Notes: a model not told the origin generated them from the sequence alone. A DNA stretch of 64,000 nt from an uncultured delta proteobacterium (GCA_963789395.1 CAWBKP010000009.1:1-64000); one strand, 5' to 3'; shown: positions 52,405 through 64,000, numbered from the stretch's first letter. Translations and numbers: made by a program.

Positions 52405-53439
52405 ATGAATTTAAATTTTCAAAATGTGCTGGTCACCGGCGCTGCCGGATTTATCGGCTATCACCTCTCGCTGCGGCTCCTGAATTCAGGGTGCCGCGTG
52501 GCGGGTATCGACAACATGAACCCCTATTATGATGTCGGCCTCAAGCAGTCCAGACTGGATCAGCTGCTGGCGTTTGACAAGTTTTCGTTTCATCAGGAAG
52601 ATCTTTCGGATCGAGGCGGCCTGGAATCCGTTTTTCACAAGCATCAGCCTTTTGACGTGGTGGTGAACCTGGCGGCCCAGGCAGGCGTCCGGTATTCCCT
52701 CACCAACCCCCATGCGTACGTGGATTCCAATATCGTCGGATTCGTAAATCTTCTGGAATGCTGCCGTTACAATCAGGTGAAACATCTCGTGTTCGCCTCT
52801 TCCAGTTCCGTATACGGGGCCAACACCCTGATGCCGTTTTCAGTGCATCACAACGTGGACCATCCGGTTTCGCTGTATGCCGCCACCAAAAAGGCCAATG
52901 AACTGATGGCGCACACATACAGCCACCTTTACAACATGCACTGCACGGGGCTGAGGTTTTTCACGGTCTACGGTCCCTGGGGAAGACCCGATATGGCCCT
53001 GTTTCTCTTTGTCCGGGCAATCCTTGAAGACAACCCCATTCAGGTCTTCAATCACGGCAAAATGAATCGGGATTTTACCTACATAGACGATATCATCGAG
53101 GGTGTTTTCCGGATCATGGGAAAACCACCACAACCCAATCCTTCCTGGACCGGAGATCGTCCGGATCCCGGAACATCCTATGCACCTTACAAAATTTACA
53201 ATATCGGGAACAACAACCCGGTGGAATTATCAACTTTTATCGAAATCATTGAAAAAAATCTCGGAAAGACCGCCCGCAAAAACTATATGGATCTTCAGCC
53301 GGGAGATGTGGTGTCCACATATGCCGATATCGACGATCTGATTGCGGATGTGGGTTTCAAACCCCAGACGCCGCTTGCAACCGGTATCGAAAAGTTCATT
53401 GCCTGGTACAGGCAGTATTATGCAAAATCACCGGCATAA
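52405..53439 (+). CDS. NAD-dependent epimerase (UDP-glucuronate 4-epimerase type)
   Basis: GAAGFIG, LAAQAGVRYS, YAATKK, RFFTVYGPWGRPDMA. Confidence 0.93.
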   Translation: MNLNFQNVLVTGAAGFIGYHLSLRLLNSGCRVAGIDNMNPYYDVGLKQSRLDQLLAFDKFSFHQEDLSDRGGLESVFHKHQPFDVVVNLAAQAGVRYSLTNPHAYVDSNIVGFVNLLECCRYNQVKHLVFASSSSVYGANTLMPFSVHHNVDHPVSLYAATKKANELMAHTYSHLYNMHCTGLRFFTVYGPWGRPDMALFLFVRAILEDNPIQVFNHGKMNRDFTYIDDIIEGVFRIMGKPPQPNPSWTGDRPDPGTSYAPYKIYNIGNNNPVELSTFIEIIEKNLGKTARKNYMDLQPGDVVSTYADIDDLIADVGFKPQTPLATGIEKFIAWYRQYYAKSPA

Positions 53440-53848
53440 TGGGAGCCTCTCGGGTTACAGGCTATGAGCCCTTCGCCCATAACCCTTTCCAACAAATTTC
53501 TTGACATCACTATTATCATGATATAAAAATGGGATATAAAGTCTTAACGTCCGCCATTTGGAGTGAATACCTTAACCAATTCTTCAATCATATAATCTCA
53601 GAAATCCCTTTATTCCTCCATATCCAGCAAACACCGAACCATCTTTCACCCTTTGCATTTCAACCGTGCATCAGGTTCCTGAAGGAAGGTCCGGTAAAAA
53701 TTGATATTCTCGTTCCGATATTTATTGCGTTGTGTGTTATCTGACGCACACGAATGTGAATAGTTTGATCATTTCCACATCTACCCCCGGTACAACACAG
53801 CGGAACTGAAACGACAGGCGGGTAAGAAAACAACGGGGTATTGCATTA

Positions 53849-55096
53849 ATGAACATAGCCGAACTTAAAGACAAGAGAATCAGCGAATTGGCCCAGATGG
53901 CCAAAGACTATAATATTCACGGGGCCGCCGGACTGCGCAAACAGGAGCTTATTTTTGCCCTGCTCCAGACTCAGTTTGAAAAAAACGGCCAGATTTATGG
54001 TGAAGGAACGCTTGAAATCCTTCCGGACGGGTTTGGGTTTTTACGCGCACCCAACTACAATTATCTGCCGGGGCCGGACGATATTTACGTTTCCCCTTCT
54101 CAGATACGCCGATTTAATCTGAGAACCGGTGACACCATCTCCGGACAAATCCGTCAGCCCAAGGAAACCGAGCGGTATTTTGCGCTTCTGAAAGTAGAGG
54201 CCGTCAATTACGAAGATCCGGAAGTGGCGCGCGACAAGATTCTATTTGACAATCTCACCCCCTTGTACCCGAACCGGAAAATGAATATTGAAGGCGCCGC
54301 GGACAATTATTCCACGCGCATCATGGACTTGATGATTCCCATCGGTTTTGGTCAAAGAGGGCTGATCGTATCCCCGCCGCGATCCGGCAAGACCATGCTC
54401 CTTCAAAACATCGCCAACAGCATCATCGGCAGCCACAAGGATGTCATTCCCTTTGTGCTCCTCATCGATGAGCGGCCTGAAGAAGTTACCGACATGGAAC
54501 GATCGGTCAATGCAGAGGTCATCAGCTCTACCTTTGACGAGCCGGCCGAACGCCATGTTCAGGTGGCGGAAATGGTCATCGAAAAAGCCAAGCGACTGGT
54601 TGAACATAAAAAAGATGTGGTTATACTTCTGGACAGCGTCACGCGGCTTGCCCGCGCCTATAACTCGGTGATGCCGCCCAGTGGAAAAATTCTATCCGGC
54701 GGCGTGGACTCAAACGCGCTTCAGCGTCCCAAACGGTTTTTCGGAGCCGCGCGTAATATCGAGGAAGGCGGCAGCCTGACCATCATCGCAACGGCGCTGA
54801 TCGACACCGGCAGCCGAATGGATGAAGTCATTTTTGAGGAATTCAAGGGAACCGGCAATATGGAAATTCAGCTTGACAGAAGACTTGCCGACAAGCGGGT
54901 ATTTCCGGCAATCGACATCAAGAAATCCGGTACCCGGAAAGAAGAGCTTCTTTTGGATGAAGAGACATTGAACCGCGTCTGGATTCTGCGAAAACTGCTC
55001 TCTTCCTTAAATCCTGTGGACAGCCTTGAATTTTTACTTGAAAAAATGAGCGGAACAAAGAATAATAAGGACTTTTTAAATTCCATGAATGCGTGA
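53849..55096 (+). CDS. rho: Transcription termination factor Rho
   Basis: [38 protein letters not shown]. Confidence 0.99.
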   Translation: MNIAELKDKRISELAQMAKDYNIHGAAGLRKQELIFALLQTQFEKNGQIYGEGTLEILPDGFGFLRAPNYNYLPGPDDIYVSPSQIRRFNLRTGDTISGQIRQPKETERYFALLKVEAVNYEDPEVARDKILFDNLTPLYPNRKMNIEGAADNYSTRIMDLMIPIGFGQRGLIVSPPRSGKTMLLQNIANSIIGSHKDVIPFVLLIDERPEEVTDMERSVNAEVISSTFDEPAERHVQVAEMVIEKAKRLVEHKKDVVILLDSVTRLARAYNSVMPPSGKILSGGVDSNALQRPKRFFGAARNIEEGGSLTIIATALIDTGSRMDEVIFEEFKGTGNMEIQLDRRLADKRVFPAIDIKKSGTRKEELLLDEETLNRVWILRKLLSSLNPVDSLEFLLEKMSGTKNNKDFLNSMNA

Positions 55097-55146
55097 TGCA
55101 GACGGGAAATGATACTAACCACCAATACAGGGAGTTCACCAGAGTA

Positions 55147-55353
55147 ATGAAAGCATCGATTCATCCGCCTTATGAACAAACGGTCATCAAATGCGCCTGT
55201 GGCAACAATTTTCAAGTTGGATCCACAAAGCCAGATATTCATGTGGAAATCTGTTCCAAATGCCATCCGTTTTTTACCGGAAAACAAAAACTGGTGGATA
55301 CGGCCGGCCGGATCGAACGGTTCCGTAAGAAATATGAGAAATTTCAAAAATAG
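55147..55353 (+). CDS. rpmE: 50S ribosomal protein L31 (Zn-binding type)
   Basis: [20 protein letters not shown]. Confidence 0.98.
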   Translation: MKASIHPPYEQTVIKCACGNNFQVGSTKPDIHVEICSKCHPFFTGKQKLVDTAGRIERFRKKYEKFQK

Positions 55354-55446
55354 AGGCTGAAGACCGAAGGCTCAAAGGCTTAAAGACAAGGAACGGCATA
55401 AAGTCCCCTTGACTCTTTTTGCGGTTGGCCTTTGGCCTGAACTGTT

Positions 55447-56532
55447 ATGTTTGACAAGTTAAAAGGCGTTGAAAAGCGATTTCTGGAGGTCGAAAAGCTT
55501 CTATCAGACCCGAAAACCGTGCAGGATCGAGAACTCTACCAGAAATATGCCCAAGAGCATGCAGACCTGAACAAGGTTGTCGCTGCCTACCGTGATTACA
55601 AGCGGATCATTGAAGACCTTGACAACAGCCACGAGATGTTACAGGACAGTGATCCGGACATCAAAGAAATGGCCCGCGATGAAATCGAGACGTTGACCCT
55701 CGAAAAAGAACAGCTCGATTCTCAGATCAAACGGCTTCTAGTCCCCAAAAACCCCAATGACGACAAAAACATCATACTGGAAATCCGGGCAGGAACCGGC
55801 GGCGAGGAAGCCGGCCTTTTTGCCGGAGATCTGTTTCGCATGTACTCGCGATATGCTGAAAAACGCGGCTGGAAAGTCGAGGTGATGACCCATCACACGA
55901 CAGGCGTTGGCGGTTTAAAGGAAATTGTTGCCATGGTGCATGGCAACGGCGCATACAGTGCGTTCAAATATGAAAGCGGCACCCATCGCGTTCAGCGTGT
56001 TCCCACAACGGAAACACAGGGCCGCATCCATACCTCCGCGGTTACCGTTGCCGTACTTCCGGAAGCAGAGGACGTCGAAGTCCACATCGACCCCACGGAA
56101 ATCAAATTTGACGTGTTTCGCTCATCAGGTCCCGGCGGTCAGTCCGTCAATACAACCGATTCAGCCGTACGGGTTACCCATCTGTCAACCGGCCTGGTGG
56201 TCACCTGCCAGGACGAAAAATCCCAGTGGAAAAACAAAGCCAAGGCCCTGACCGTTTTAAGAGCCAGACTTCTGGATAAAATGGTCAGCGAACAGGATGA
56301 GAAACGCTCCCTGGATCGTAAAAGCCAGGTGGGAACCGGAGACCGAAGCGGCAGAATCCGGACCTATAATTTTCCGCAGGGCCGCATGACGGATCACCGC
56401 ATCGGACTGACGCTTTACAAACTGGAAGCCATTCTTCAAGGCGACATTGATGAAATCATCGATCAGCTAACCGCTTATTACCAGGCCCAGGCTTTACAGA
56501 ATGCAGACTCCTCCCGGCCCCAGGGAAGCTGA
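55447..56532 (+). CDS. prfA: Peptide chain release factor 1
   Basis: GTGGEEA, PTT (PxT) motif, GGQ. Confidence 0.99.
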   Translation: MFDKLKGVEKRFLEVEKLLSDPKTVQDRELYQKYAQEHADLNKVVAAYRDYKRIIEDLDNSHEMLQDSDPDIKEMARDEIETLTLEKEQLDSQIKRLLVPKNPNDDKNIILEIRAGTGGEEAGLFAGDLFRMYSRYAEKRGWKVEVMTHHTTGVGGLKEIVAMVHGNGAYSAFKYESGTHRVQRVPTTETQGRIHTSAVTVAVLPEAEDVEVHIDPTEIKFDVFRSSGPGGQSVNTTDSAVRVTHLSTGLVVTCQDEKSQWKNKAKALTVLRARLLDKMVSEQDEKRSLDRKSQVGTGDRSGRIRTYNFPQGRMTDHRIGLTLYKLEAILQGDIDEIIDQLTAYYQAQALQNADSSRPQGS

Positions 56533-57406
56533 GTGGACCATCCTGACACTGCTCAAGTGGGCAACAGGATATTTCACCACTCACGGCATTGACAGCCCCC
56601 GGGCAACCGCCGAAATTCTCCTTGCCACCCTCCTGAATCTGAAACGGATCGATTTATACCTCAGGTACGACCAGCCCCTATTAAAAAGCGAGCTATCCGA
56701 ATTCAAGTCCCTGATCAAGCGACGGGTCAACAGAGAACCGGTGGCTTATATCATCGGCAAAAAAGAATTCTGGTCTCTGGATCTTGAGGTCAACCCGAAT
56801 GTTCTTATCCCGAGGCCGGATACCGAAACCCTTGTAGAGGCCGCCTTAAGCTGCCTCAGACCTGAAAACGCTTTTCCGGATTCGGCCGGGCAGGTTCTGG
56901 AACTGGGTACCGGGTCAGGCGCCATTGTGCTTGCCCTGGCATCCGAGAGGCCCGCATACCGCTATGTTGCAACGGATATCTCGCTAAAAGCCCTTGGCAT
57001 CGCACAGAAAAACGCCAGACGCCTCAAACTGGATTCCGCCGTTTCGTTTGTCGCCGGCAACTGGCTGGATCAGTTTTCCTGTGATAAGCCAGTTTTTGAC
57101 ATGATTCTATCGAATCCGCCATATATTCCCTCTGATGACATCCCCGGTCTTCAGCCGGAGGTCAACCGTTTTGAGCCCCTGCTGGCTCTGGACGGCCGAT
57201 CCGACGGTCTTCACGCCATTCGACAGATTATTTTCTCAGCGCACCCGTTTCTGAAACCCCGAGGGGTTCTTTTGCTTGAAATAGGCTTTGATCAAAGGGA
57301 TGCCGTGAGCCGGCTGATTCAAGATTACGGCCATTATCCTTCTTTTCAATTCAGAAAAGACGATGCCGGACACGATCGCGTTGTTCTGATGCATAAAAGC
57401 GGATGA
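56501..57406 (+). CDS. prmC: Release factor glutamine methyltransferase
   Basis: [19 protein letters not shown]; follows prfA. Confidence 0.97.
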   Translation: MQTPPGPREAEWTILTLLKWATGYFTTHGIDSPRATAEILLATLLNLKRIDLYLRYDQPLLKSELSEFKSLIKRRVNREPVAYIIGKKEFWSLDLEVNPNVLIPRPDTETLVEAALSCLRPENAFPDSAGQVLELGTGSGAIVLALASERPAYRYVATDISLKALGIAQKNARRLKLDSAVSFVAGNWLDQFSCDKPVFDMILSNPPYIPSDDIPGLQPEVNRFEPLLALDGRSDGLHAIRQIIFSAHPFLKPRGVLLLEIGFDQRDAVSRLIQDYGHYPSFQFRKDDAGHDRVVLMHKSG

Positions 57407-57489
57407 TTCCAGACGCTTTATATAAATTAATCAGTTTTTAATTGTGAAAACAGAAATAATTTGGTACAAAAAGAAGATTTAAAATAATT

Positions 57490-57582
57490 CGCACGCTCTC
57501 TGACCGGATTTTCGGTGCTTTCATGGAAAGTGACAATCCGGGGTGAAGGGAGCGGAGGCAAAACCAACAAAGGAGAAACAAC
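57490..57582 (+). promoter_or_regulatory. Probable rpsB (S2) autoregulatory leader
   Basis: Structured 5' UTR (CCGGATT...AATCCGG; CGCTCTCT...AGGGAGCG) ending GGAGGCAAAACC before rpsB. Confidence 0.5.
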
Positions 57583-58464
57583 ATGGCTTACGTTACTATG
57601 AAAGAACTGCTTGAAGCCGGAGTTCATTTCGGTCATCAGACCAAACGCTGGAATCCGAAGATGAAACCGTTTATCTTTGGCGCAAGAAACGGAATTTACA
57701 TCATTGATCTGCAAAAAACCGTGCGCATGTTCAGGGACGTTTATGATTTTGTAGTGGATACGGTCGCAAACGGCAAATCCGTCCTGTTTGTCGGCACAAA
57801 GAAACAGGCCAAGGAAACTATTTACGAAGAAGCCAGCCGATGTGAAATGTATTATATTCACAACCGGTGGCTGGGCGGCATGCTGACCAATTTCCAGACG
57901 ATCAAAAAAAGCATCGACCGGTTAAATACCTTGAATTCCATTGAAACTGACGGATCCATCAACCTCTACCCGAAAAAAGAGCGCCAGCAACTGGGAAAAG
58001 AACGCGTGAAACTGGACAGCATTCTGGGCGGTATCCGCACCATGTCACGCCTTCCCGGCGCCATCTTTATCGTGGACTCCAAAAATGAAGCCATCGCCGT
58101 CCGAGAAGGACGAAGGCTGCGCATACCCATCATCGCAATCGCGGATACCAACTGCGATCCGGACGAAATTGATTACCTGATACCGGGAAATGATGACGCG
58201 ATCCGGTCCATTCGCCTGCTTACTTCCAAAATCGCCGATGCCTGCATCGAAGGCCAGCAGCGCTATGCCGAGAAAAAACAGGCCGATTCGGACAAAGCCA
58301 TTGACGAATCCGAGATGGTCCCGGCCGGTGCGGATCTGAAAACCGGCGAACGCAAAGTGATTTCCGATGGCGCGGATGGCCCGGTCATTGAAATCATCAA
58401 GAAGGCATCATCCAAATATGATGCAATCGACGAAGAAGAGAGCGACGACGACAGTGACGTTTGA
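57583..58464 (+). CDS. rpsB: 30S ribosomal protein S2 with acidic C-terminal extension
   Basis: [38 protein letters not shown]. Confidence 0.99.
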   Translation: MAYVTMKELLEAGVHFGHQTKRWNPKMKPFIFGARNGIYIIDLQKTVRMFRDVYDFVVDTVANGKSVLFVGTKKQAKETIYEEASRCEMYYIHNRWLGGMLTNFQTIKKSIDRLNTLNSIETDGSINLYPKKERQQLGKERVKLDSILGGIRTMSRLPGAIFIVDSKNEAIAVREGRRLRIPIIAIADTNCDPDEIDYLIPGNDDAIRSIRLLTSKIADACIEGQQRYAEKKQADSDKAIDESEMVPAGADLKTGERKVISDGADGPVIEIIKKASSKYDAIDEEESDDDSDV

Positions 58465-58545
58465 TGCTGTCAGGATTGAACCATATAAGAAAAAAACATC
58501 CCCTTTGGGGGATTCAGCGAATAAGCTGTAAGGAGAATACGCATC

Positions 58546-59142
58546 ATGACCACCATTAGTGCATCGACTGTTAAAGAGCTGCGGGACAAAACCGCCGCCG
58601 GAATGATGGATTGCAAGGAAGCGCTGAAACAAAGCGACGGGGATATCAATAAGGCCATTGATTTTCTCAGAAAAAAAGGGCTGGCAACCGCCGCCAAAAG
58701 GGCCGGCAGAGCCATGTCCGAAGGCACCATTCAAACCTATATTCATACCGGCGGCAAACTTGGCGTCATGGTTGAAGTCAACTGTGAAACCGATTTTGTA
58801 GCCAAAAATGAAGACTTCGTCCAGTTTGCCCGAAATATCGCCATGCACATTGCAGCCACCAATCCCGTCTCCATTTCCCAGCAGGATGTCCCCCCGGAAG
58901 TGGTTGAAAAAGAAATGGAGATTTATCGGGAGCAGATCCGAGCCTTGGGCAAACCCGAGCAAATGATCGAAAAGATTGCAGAGGGCAAACTGAGCAAATT
59001 CTATAAAGAAAGCTGTTTGCTCAATCAGGGATATGTCCGCGACCCCAACATCTCCGTTTCCGATCTGATCAACGAACAGATTGCCAAAATCGGCGAGAAT
59101 ATTACCATCAAACGTTTTGTCAGATTCCAGGTAGGAGAATAA
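58546..59142 (+). CDS. tsf: Elongation factor Ts (short form)
   Basis: [19 protein letters not shown]. Confidence 0.98.
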   Translation: MTTISASTVKELRDKTAAGMMDCKEALKQSDGDINKAIDFLRKKGLATAAKRAGRAMSEGTIQTYIHTGGKLGVMVEVNCETDFVAKNEDFVQFARNIAMHIAATNPVSISQQDVPPEVVEKEMEIYREQIRALGKPEQMIEKIAEGKLSKFYKESCLLNQGYVRDPNISVSDLINEQIAKIGENITIKRFVRFQVGE

Positions 59143-59146
59143 CTCC

Positions 59147-59863
59147 TTGAAACAGCCGCTCTACAAACGGATCCTTCTCAAGCTCAGTGGCGAAGCCCTG
59201 ATGGGAAACCAGGGTTTCGGCATTGATCCGGACATGATCAAATACGTAGCGGATGAAATCCGCTCCGTGATTGACATCGGCGTTCAGATCGCCATCGTGG
59301 TCGGCGGCGGCAATATTTTCCGGGGAATCGCCGCAAGTTCCTTCGGCATGGACCGGACCTCGGCCGACCACATGGGAATGCTGGCTACGGTTATCAACAG
59401 CATTGCCCTTCAGGATGCTCTGGAGCGCAAAGGAGTTGTGACACGGGTTCAGACCGCCATCTCCATGCATGAGGTAGCCGAACCGTTCATTGTACGAAGA
59501 GCGGTTCGCCACCTTGAAAAAGGACGGGCTGTGATTTTTGCCGCCGGAACCGGCAGTCCGTATTTCACCACAGATACCGCCGCTGCCTTGCGGGCACAGG
59601 AGATCCACGCCGAAATTCTCTTAAAAGCGACCAAGGTTGACGGAATCTATGACGCCGACCCGGTCAAGAACAAGGAGGCCCGGTTTATCAAAACGATCAG
59701 CTATATGGAAGTGCTGGAACGCCAGTTGAAAGTCATGGATATGACGGCGATTTCACTGGCGATGGATAACCAGTTGCCACTGGCAGTATTCAATCTCCAC
59801 AGCCCGGGAAATATCCGAAAGGTTGTCTGCGGAGTAGATGTGGGTACCCGGATCTGCAACTGA
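59147..59863 (+). CDS. pyrH: UMP kinase (TTG start)
   Basis: [23 protein letters not shown]. Confidence 0.98.
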   Translation: MKQPLYKRILLKLSGEALMGNQGFGIDPDMIKYVADEIRSVIDIGVQIAIVVGGGNIFRGIAASSFGMDRTSADHMGMLATVINSIALQDALERKGVVTRVQTAISMHEVAEPFIVRRAVRHLEKGRAVIFAAGTGSPYFTTDTAAALRAQEIHAEILLKATKVDGIYDADPVKNKEARFIKTISYMEVLERQLKVMDMTAISLAMDNQLPLAVFNLHSPGNIRKVVCGVDVGTRICN

Positions 59864-59943
59864 ATGCCGCCGGGGATAGATACCCGGCTGTTTGTGAAAA
59901 TGACTTCTGTTTTTCCGATTCCTGATAATAAAAGGTGGACCCC

Positions 59944-60501
59944 ATGATTGAATCCATTTATCAAGAAACCAAAGATGCAATGAACAAATCCCTGGCTGCT
60001 TTGAAAAACGAGTTCAAACGGGTTCGTACCGGACGGGCTTCGCTGTCGATCCTGGATGGTATCCGGGTGGATTATTACGGCACCCTGACGCAACTCAGCC
60101 AGATGGCCTCTCTTTCTGTTCCGGAAAGCCGCCTCATTACGATTCAACCCTGGGATGCGTCGATCATCAAGGAAATTGAAAAAGCCATTCTGAAATCCGA
60201 TTTGGGTCTGACACCATCCAATGACGGAAAAATCATTCGCATCGCCATTCCTCCCCTGACAGCGGACCGGCGGAAAAGTCTGGTAAAGGTTATCCATAAA
60301 ATGAGCGAAGAGCACAAGGTGGCTATCCGCAATATCCGCAGGGATTCCAATGAACTGATCAAAGGCTTGAAAAAAGACGGAGAGATCTCTGAAGACGAGG
60401 CATTCAAAGGCCAGGATCAAATCCAGAAGATCACCGACGATTACATTAAACAGCTTGACGCCATCTATGGCGAAAAAGAGAAAGAAATCCTTGAATTCTA
60501 A
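59944..60501 (+). CDS. frr: Ribosome recycling factor
   Basis: VRTGRA, VDYYG, IRNIRRD. Confidence 0.98.
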   Translation: MIESIYQETKDAMNKSLAALKNEFKRVRTGRASLSILDGIRVDYYGTLTQLSQMASLSVPESRLITIQPWDASIIKEIEKAILKSDLGLTPSNDGKIIRIAIPPLTADRRKSLVKVIHKMSEEHKVAIRNIRRDSNELIKGLKKDGEISEDEAFKGQDQIQKITDDYIKQLDAIYGEKEKEILEF

Positions 60502-61246
60502 ACTGCCGCCCGTTGAGGTCGTTGCAGCGGAAAAAGGGATTGACCTTCACCATCTACCTGCCCATGTAGCCATTATCATGGATGGCAACGGCCGCTGGGC
60601 CAGACAGCGCCTGCTTAACCGGATCCACGGACATGAAAAAGGCGCGGAGACGGTGCGAACCATTGTTACCGCCAGCCGGGAAATCGGCATTCCCACATTA
60701 ACCCTGTATGCGTTTTCCACGGAAAACTGGCAGCGGTCCGCAATGGAAGTGACTGCCCTGATGTCGCTTTTAAAAAAATTTCTTGTGTCTGAAAAACCCG
60801 TCATGATGAACACTGGCATCCGGCTGAATGCCATCGGACAGGTTGAGCGTCTCCCCGAGGATGTACAGGACGTCCTGCTGCAGACCATCGCTGCCACCCG
60901 CCACAATCCGGGAATGGTGTTGAATCTGGCGCTCAGTTATGGCGCCCGGTCGGAAATTGTTCGCATGGCCCGGATGCTGGCGGAAAAAGCCAAGGCCGGC
61001 AGCCTGGATCCCCATTCCATTACCGAAGAAACCGTTGCCGCTCACCTGTACACGCATAACCTTCCGGATCCGGATTTACTGATTCGAACCAGCGGCGAAA
61101 TGCGGGTCAGCAATTTTCTTCTCTGGCAGATCGCCTATTCGGAACTTCATATCACCAGCACCCTGTGGCCTGATTTTTCACGGAACGAATATCTGGATAT
61201 CCTGAAAGGCTATCAGCAGCGCGAACGCAGATTCGGAAACGCATGA
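60491..61246 (+). CDS. uppS: Undecaprenyl diphosphate synthase (start uncertain)
   Basis: HVAIIMDGNGRWA, YAFSTENW, IRTSGEMRVSNFLLWQ. Confidence 0.96.
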   Translation: MNSKLPPVEVVAAEKGIDLHHLPAHVAIIMDGNGRWARQRLLNRIHGHEKGAETVRTIVTASREIGIPTLTLYAFSTENWQRSAMEVTALMSLLKKFLVSEKPVMMNTGIRLNAIGQVERLPEDVQDVLLQTIAATRHNPGMVLNLALSYGARSEIVRMARMLAEKAKAGSLDPHSITEETVAAHLYTHNLPDPDLLIRTSGEMRVSNFLLWQIAYSELHITSTLWPDFSRNEYLDILKGYQQRERRFGNA

Positions 61247-62070
61247 CCCTTTCTTCTCACACCAAACGCTGGCTGACAGGCCTCAGTGCACTTCCGGTCC
61301 TGATTTTCTGGCTTGGTTGGGGCAGCCCCCTGATGTTTTGTCTGCTGATCGCACTGGTCTGTCTGCTGTCGCTGCGAGAATATTATCACATGATGTTCGG
61401 CGCAAATGGCAATGACGTGAACCCGCAACTGACCATTTTAGGGTATACCACCGGGCTGTCCATCCCCTTTGCGGCATATTCGCATTCAGCGGCGTTCATT
61501 CTGGTTATCATCACCCTGAATTTTCTTTTATGCAGCCTTTTCTCATTACACCGTTACAAAACCGATCCCTCCATTGTGGATGCGGTTGCCGTGCAGATTC
61601 AAGGAACGGTGTATATTCCGGTTCTGATTTGCAGTTTGATCCAAATTCGCGGTACGGATCAAACGGGTGTTCTGTGGATTTTTTTTCTTCTGGCAATTGT
61701 TTTTGCTGGAGATATCGGGGCGTATTATGCGGGTTCGTACCTGGGCCGCCATAAACTCTGTCCGTCGGTCAGCCCCAATAAAACCATCGAAGGCTCAATC
61801 GGCGGACTCTGCGCAAACCTGTTAACGGGCGGAGTCATCAAGGCCTTGTTTCTCCCGACGCTTTCCTGGACAGCATGCTTGCTCATGTTTCTGCTCGTCG
61901 GCGCAGCCGGACAGATCGGCGATCTGTTTGAATCCGTCTTGAAACGTTCGGTTCATATCAAGGATTCCGGAACATTATTGCCCGGTCACGGCGGGATACT
62001 GGACAGGATAGATGCGCTGCTCTTCGCCTCACCGGTTGCACTTATTTTCAAAGAATATATTCTTAAATAA
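61243..62070 (+). CDS. cdsA: Phosphatidate cytidylyltransferase
   Basis: SPNKTIEG, GDLFESVLKR, KDSG..PGHGGILDRID. Confidence 0.97.
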   Translation: MTLSSHTKRWLTGLSALPVLIFWLGWGSPLMFCLLIALVCLLSLREYYHMMFGANGNDVNPQLTILGYTTGLSIPFAAYSHSAAFILVIITLNFLLCSLFSLHRYKTDPSIVDAVAVQIQGTVYIPVLICSLIQIRGTDQTGVLWIFFLLAIVFAGDIGAYYAGSYLGRHKLCPSVSPNKTIEGSIGGLCANLLTGGVIKALFLPTLSWTACLLMFLLVGAAGQIGDLFESVLKRSVHIKDSGTLLPGHGGILDRIDALLFASPVALIFKEYILK

Positions 62071-62098
62071 GGGGACAGGGTGCCCTGCCCCTCTTTTT
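62071..62098 (+). terminator. Intrinsic terminator-like hairpin between cdsA and dxr
   Basis: GGGGACAGG-GTGC-CCTGCCCC then TCTTTTT. Confidence 0.55.
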
Positions 62099-62111
62099 CA
62101 GTGGGCGTAAT

Positions 62112-63275
62112 ATGAAATCCCTTTGCATACTCGGATCAACGGGCTCCATCGGCCAAAACACCCTCCGCATTGTGGAACAGTTTCCCGAACTGTTCTGCGT
62201 CAAAGCCCTTGCCGCCAAATCAAACATCACACGACTTGCCGGGCAGATTCAAAGATTTCGGCCGGAAATTGCCGCGGTTTTCGATGCGGACTCGGCGCAT
62301 AAGCTTTCAGCGCTGCTGCCGGCAGGACTCAAAATAAATATCCTGTCCGGCCCTGAGGGGCTAAAAGCCGCCGCCACACTCGGTTCAGTCTCTATGGTGG
62401 TAGGCGCTATGGTGGGAGCAGCAGGCCTCATCCCGGTTCTGGAAGCCATCTCCGCCGGCAAAGACATTGCCCTGGCCAACAAGGAAACCCTGGTCATGGC
62501 AGGCGGCCTGGTCATGGGCCTTGCCGCGGAACGCAAGGTGCGCATTCTTCCCATAGACAGTGAGCACAGTGCGATTCTTCAGTGTCTTCAGGGCAGCGAC
62601 AGCGCTGCCGTCCGGAAGCTGATAGTGACCTGTTCCGGAGGTCCGTTTCGCCATAAGCCCATGAATGAATTTTCCGGCATCACGGTAACAGAAGCCCTTT
62701 CCCATCCAAACTGGGAGATGGGAAAGAAAATCAGCATTGATTCCGCCACCCTGATGAATAAAGGACTTGAGGTGATCGAAGCCCATCATTTGTTCGGGCT
62801 TTCCCGAAACCGGATCGATGTTGTCATTCATCCCCAAAGTGTGATACATTCCATGGTAGCGTTTCAGGATGGATCGGTTATGGCGCAGATGGGTATACCG
62901 GACATGAAAACAGCCATTGCTTATGCGCTGTCTTACCCGCAGCGGCTGCCGCTCGGCCAGGCCCTGCCGGATTTTCCCAAGATCGGCGCCCTGACGTTTG
63001 AAGCCCCGGACATGGACAAGTTTCCCTGTCTCAAACTTGCCTGCCTGGCCTGCGATTGCGGTGAAACACTGCCTGCCGTACTGAACGCATCCAACGAGAT
63101 TGCGGTTCAGGCATTTCTGGATGAAAAAATCCGGTTTTCCGACATCCCGGAAATCATTCGGAACACAATGGACCATCACACGGTGATCCCGTCTCCGGGC
63201 CTGGATGAAATTCTTAGGTCGGATTCCTGGGCAAGGGCCGAAGCAACCAAGGCTGTTGAAAAATTATACAAATAA
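62112..63275 (+). CDS. dxr: 1-deoxy-D-xylulose 5-phosphate reductoisomerase
   Basis: LGSTGSIG, LANKE, PIDSEH, DSATLMNKGLE. Confidence 0.98.
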   Translation: MKSLCILGSTGSIGQNTLRIVEQFPELFCVKALAAKSNITRLAGQIQRFRPEIAAVFDADSAHKLSALLPAGLKINILSGPEGLKAAATLGSVSMVVGAMVGAAGLIPVLEAISAGKDIALANKETLVMAGGLVMGLAAERKVRILPIDSEHSAILQCLQGSDSAAVRKLIVTCSGGPFRHKPMNEFSGITVTEALSHPNWEMGKKISIDSATLMNKGLEVIEAHHLFGLSRNRIDVVIHPQSVIHSMVAFQDGSVMAQMGIPDMKTAIAYALSYPQRLPLGQALPDFPKIGALTFEAPDMDKFPCLKLACLACDCGETLPAVLNASNEIAVQAFLDEKIRFSDIPEIIRNTMDHHTVIPSPGLDEILRSDSWARAEATKAVEKLYK

Positions 63276-63362
63276 TCCCCGTTCGCCATCACACTGCATG
63301 CCTGCGGGAGTTTCATGTTGAACGCAATACGGAATAAGAGGAGCCGGTTTTACTAATTTATT

Positions 63363-64000
63363 ATGACAACCAATATTTTTTCATTTATCATTGTGCTCAG
63401 TATCCTGATTCTCGTCCATGAGCTCGGCCATTTTCTGGTGGCAAGGCTTTTTGGTGTAGGGGTTCTCAAATTTTCCCTCGGATTCGGACCCCGTATCGCT
63501 GGAAAGACCATCGGCATTACGGACTACCGGCTGTCTGCAATTCCTCTGGGCGGCTATGTCAAGATGGTCGGCGATGAGCCCGATGTCGATATTCCGCCGG
63601 AAGACATTCCCCTGTCGTTCAACCACAAACCGCTATTTAAGCGCTTTTTGATTGTCGCAGCCGGCCCTTTTTCCAATCTGCTGCTGGCCGTGGTGATTTT
63701 TTTCGGTCTTTTTCTGATCACCGGCATTCCCGTTCTCAATCCCGTGATCGGAAAAATCGACGCCGGTTCCCCTGCCGGCAAGGCCGGGATTCAAGAAGGC
63801 GACAACGTAACCGCCATCAATGGCCAGGCCATCGACAGCTGGGAAGCAATGGCCAAAATGATCACCTCCAGCAAGGGGCAGGATCTGACCCTGACCGTTC
63901 TCAGGCAGGGTCAGATCCTTGATATCGTGGTAGCCCCTCAGCCGAAACCCTCTAAAAACCTTTTCGGAGAATCCATTGACCGGTATGTGATCGGCGTTAT
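63363..64000 (+). CDS. rseP: RIP metalloprotease RseP, partial (runs off the window)
   Basis: HELGH, FSLGFGP, IPLGGYVKM, AGP.SN, start of a PDZ domain. Confidence 0.95.
   Translation, partial: MTTNIFSFIIVLSILILVHELGHFLVARLFGVGVLKFSLGFGPRIAGKTIGITDYRLSAIPLGGYVKMVGDEPDVDIPPEDIPLSFNHKPLFKRFLIVAAGPFSNLLLAVVIFFGLFLITGIPVLNPVIGKIDAGSPAGKAGIQEGDNVTAINGQAIDSWEAMAKMITSSKGQDLTLTVLRQGQILDIVVAPQPKPSKNLFGESIDRYVIGV

Noticed and set aside
1..64000. CRISPR array or cas genes
   Set aside because: No regularly spaced repeat-spacer pattern or cas-like ORF noticed; the 18-bp tandem repeat at 42.7 kb has no spacers and is coding
43600..64000. Numerous 60-260 aa antisense or alternative-frame ORFs over core genes
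   Set aside because: Shadow ORFs of well-supported genes, with no recognisable motifs

Overview
Bacterial chromosome segment. Gene content and order point to a sulfate-reducer-type deltaproteobacterium (Desulfobacterales-like; inference). There are three zones. (1) 1-5.9 kb is the right end of an integrase-bearing, satellite-like element: RepA-like AAA helicase, iteron-like TTCAC cluster, two DUF4240 paralogs, excisionase-like HTH, MerR-type HTH and a tyrosine integrase. It ends at a displaced 3' half of tRNA-Arg(TCG). (2) 5.9-40.7 kb is an older, decaying island bounded by a second, degenerate copy of a similar tRNA 3' end. It carries assorted cargo, three tandem zinc-ribbon/class III cyclase/STAND-ATPase/TPR genes, a porin behind a GEMM-I-type riboswitch, and a nickel-type TonB/ABC uptake cluster (CooT, DUF3842, a 30-His peptide, two look-alike leader attenuators). 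It also holds a group II twintron in which an ORF-less intron sits inside catalytic domain V of another intron, next to a truncated IS630. (3) 41-64 kb holds a secreted Cys-peptidase, an HD-GYP protein, glycerol-3-phosphate genes (glpAB, ugpC/BAE), an epimerase and core genes rho-rpmE-prfA-prmC-rpsB-tsf-pyrH-frr-uppS-cdsA-dxr-rseP. Many single-base frameshifts occur left of about 42.2 kb and none are apparent in the core genes, so sequencing error versus real decay is unresolved. All calls come from motif recognition by eye; no searches were run.
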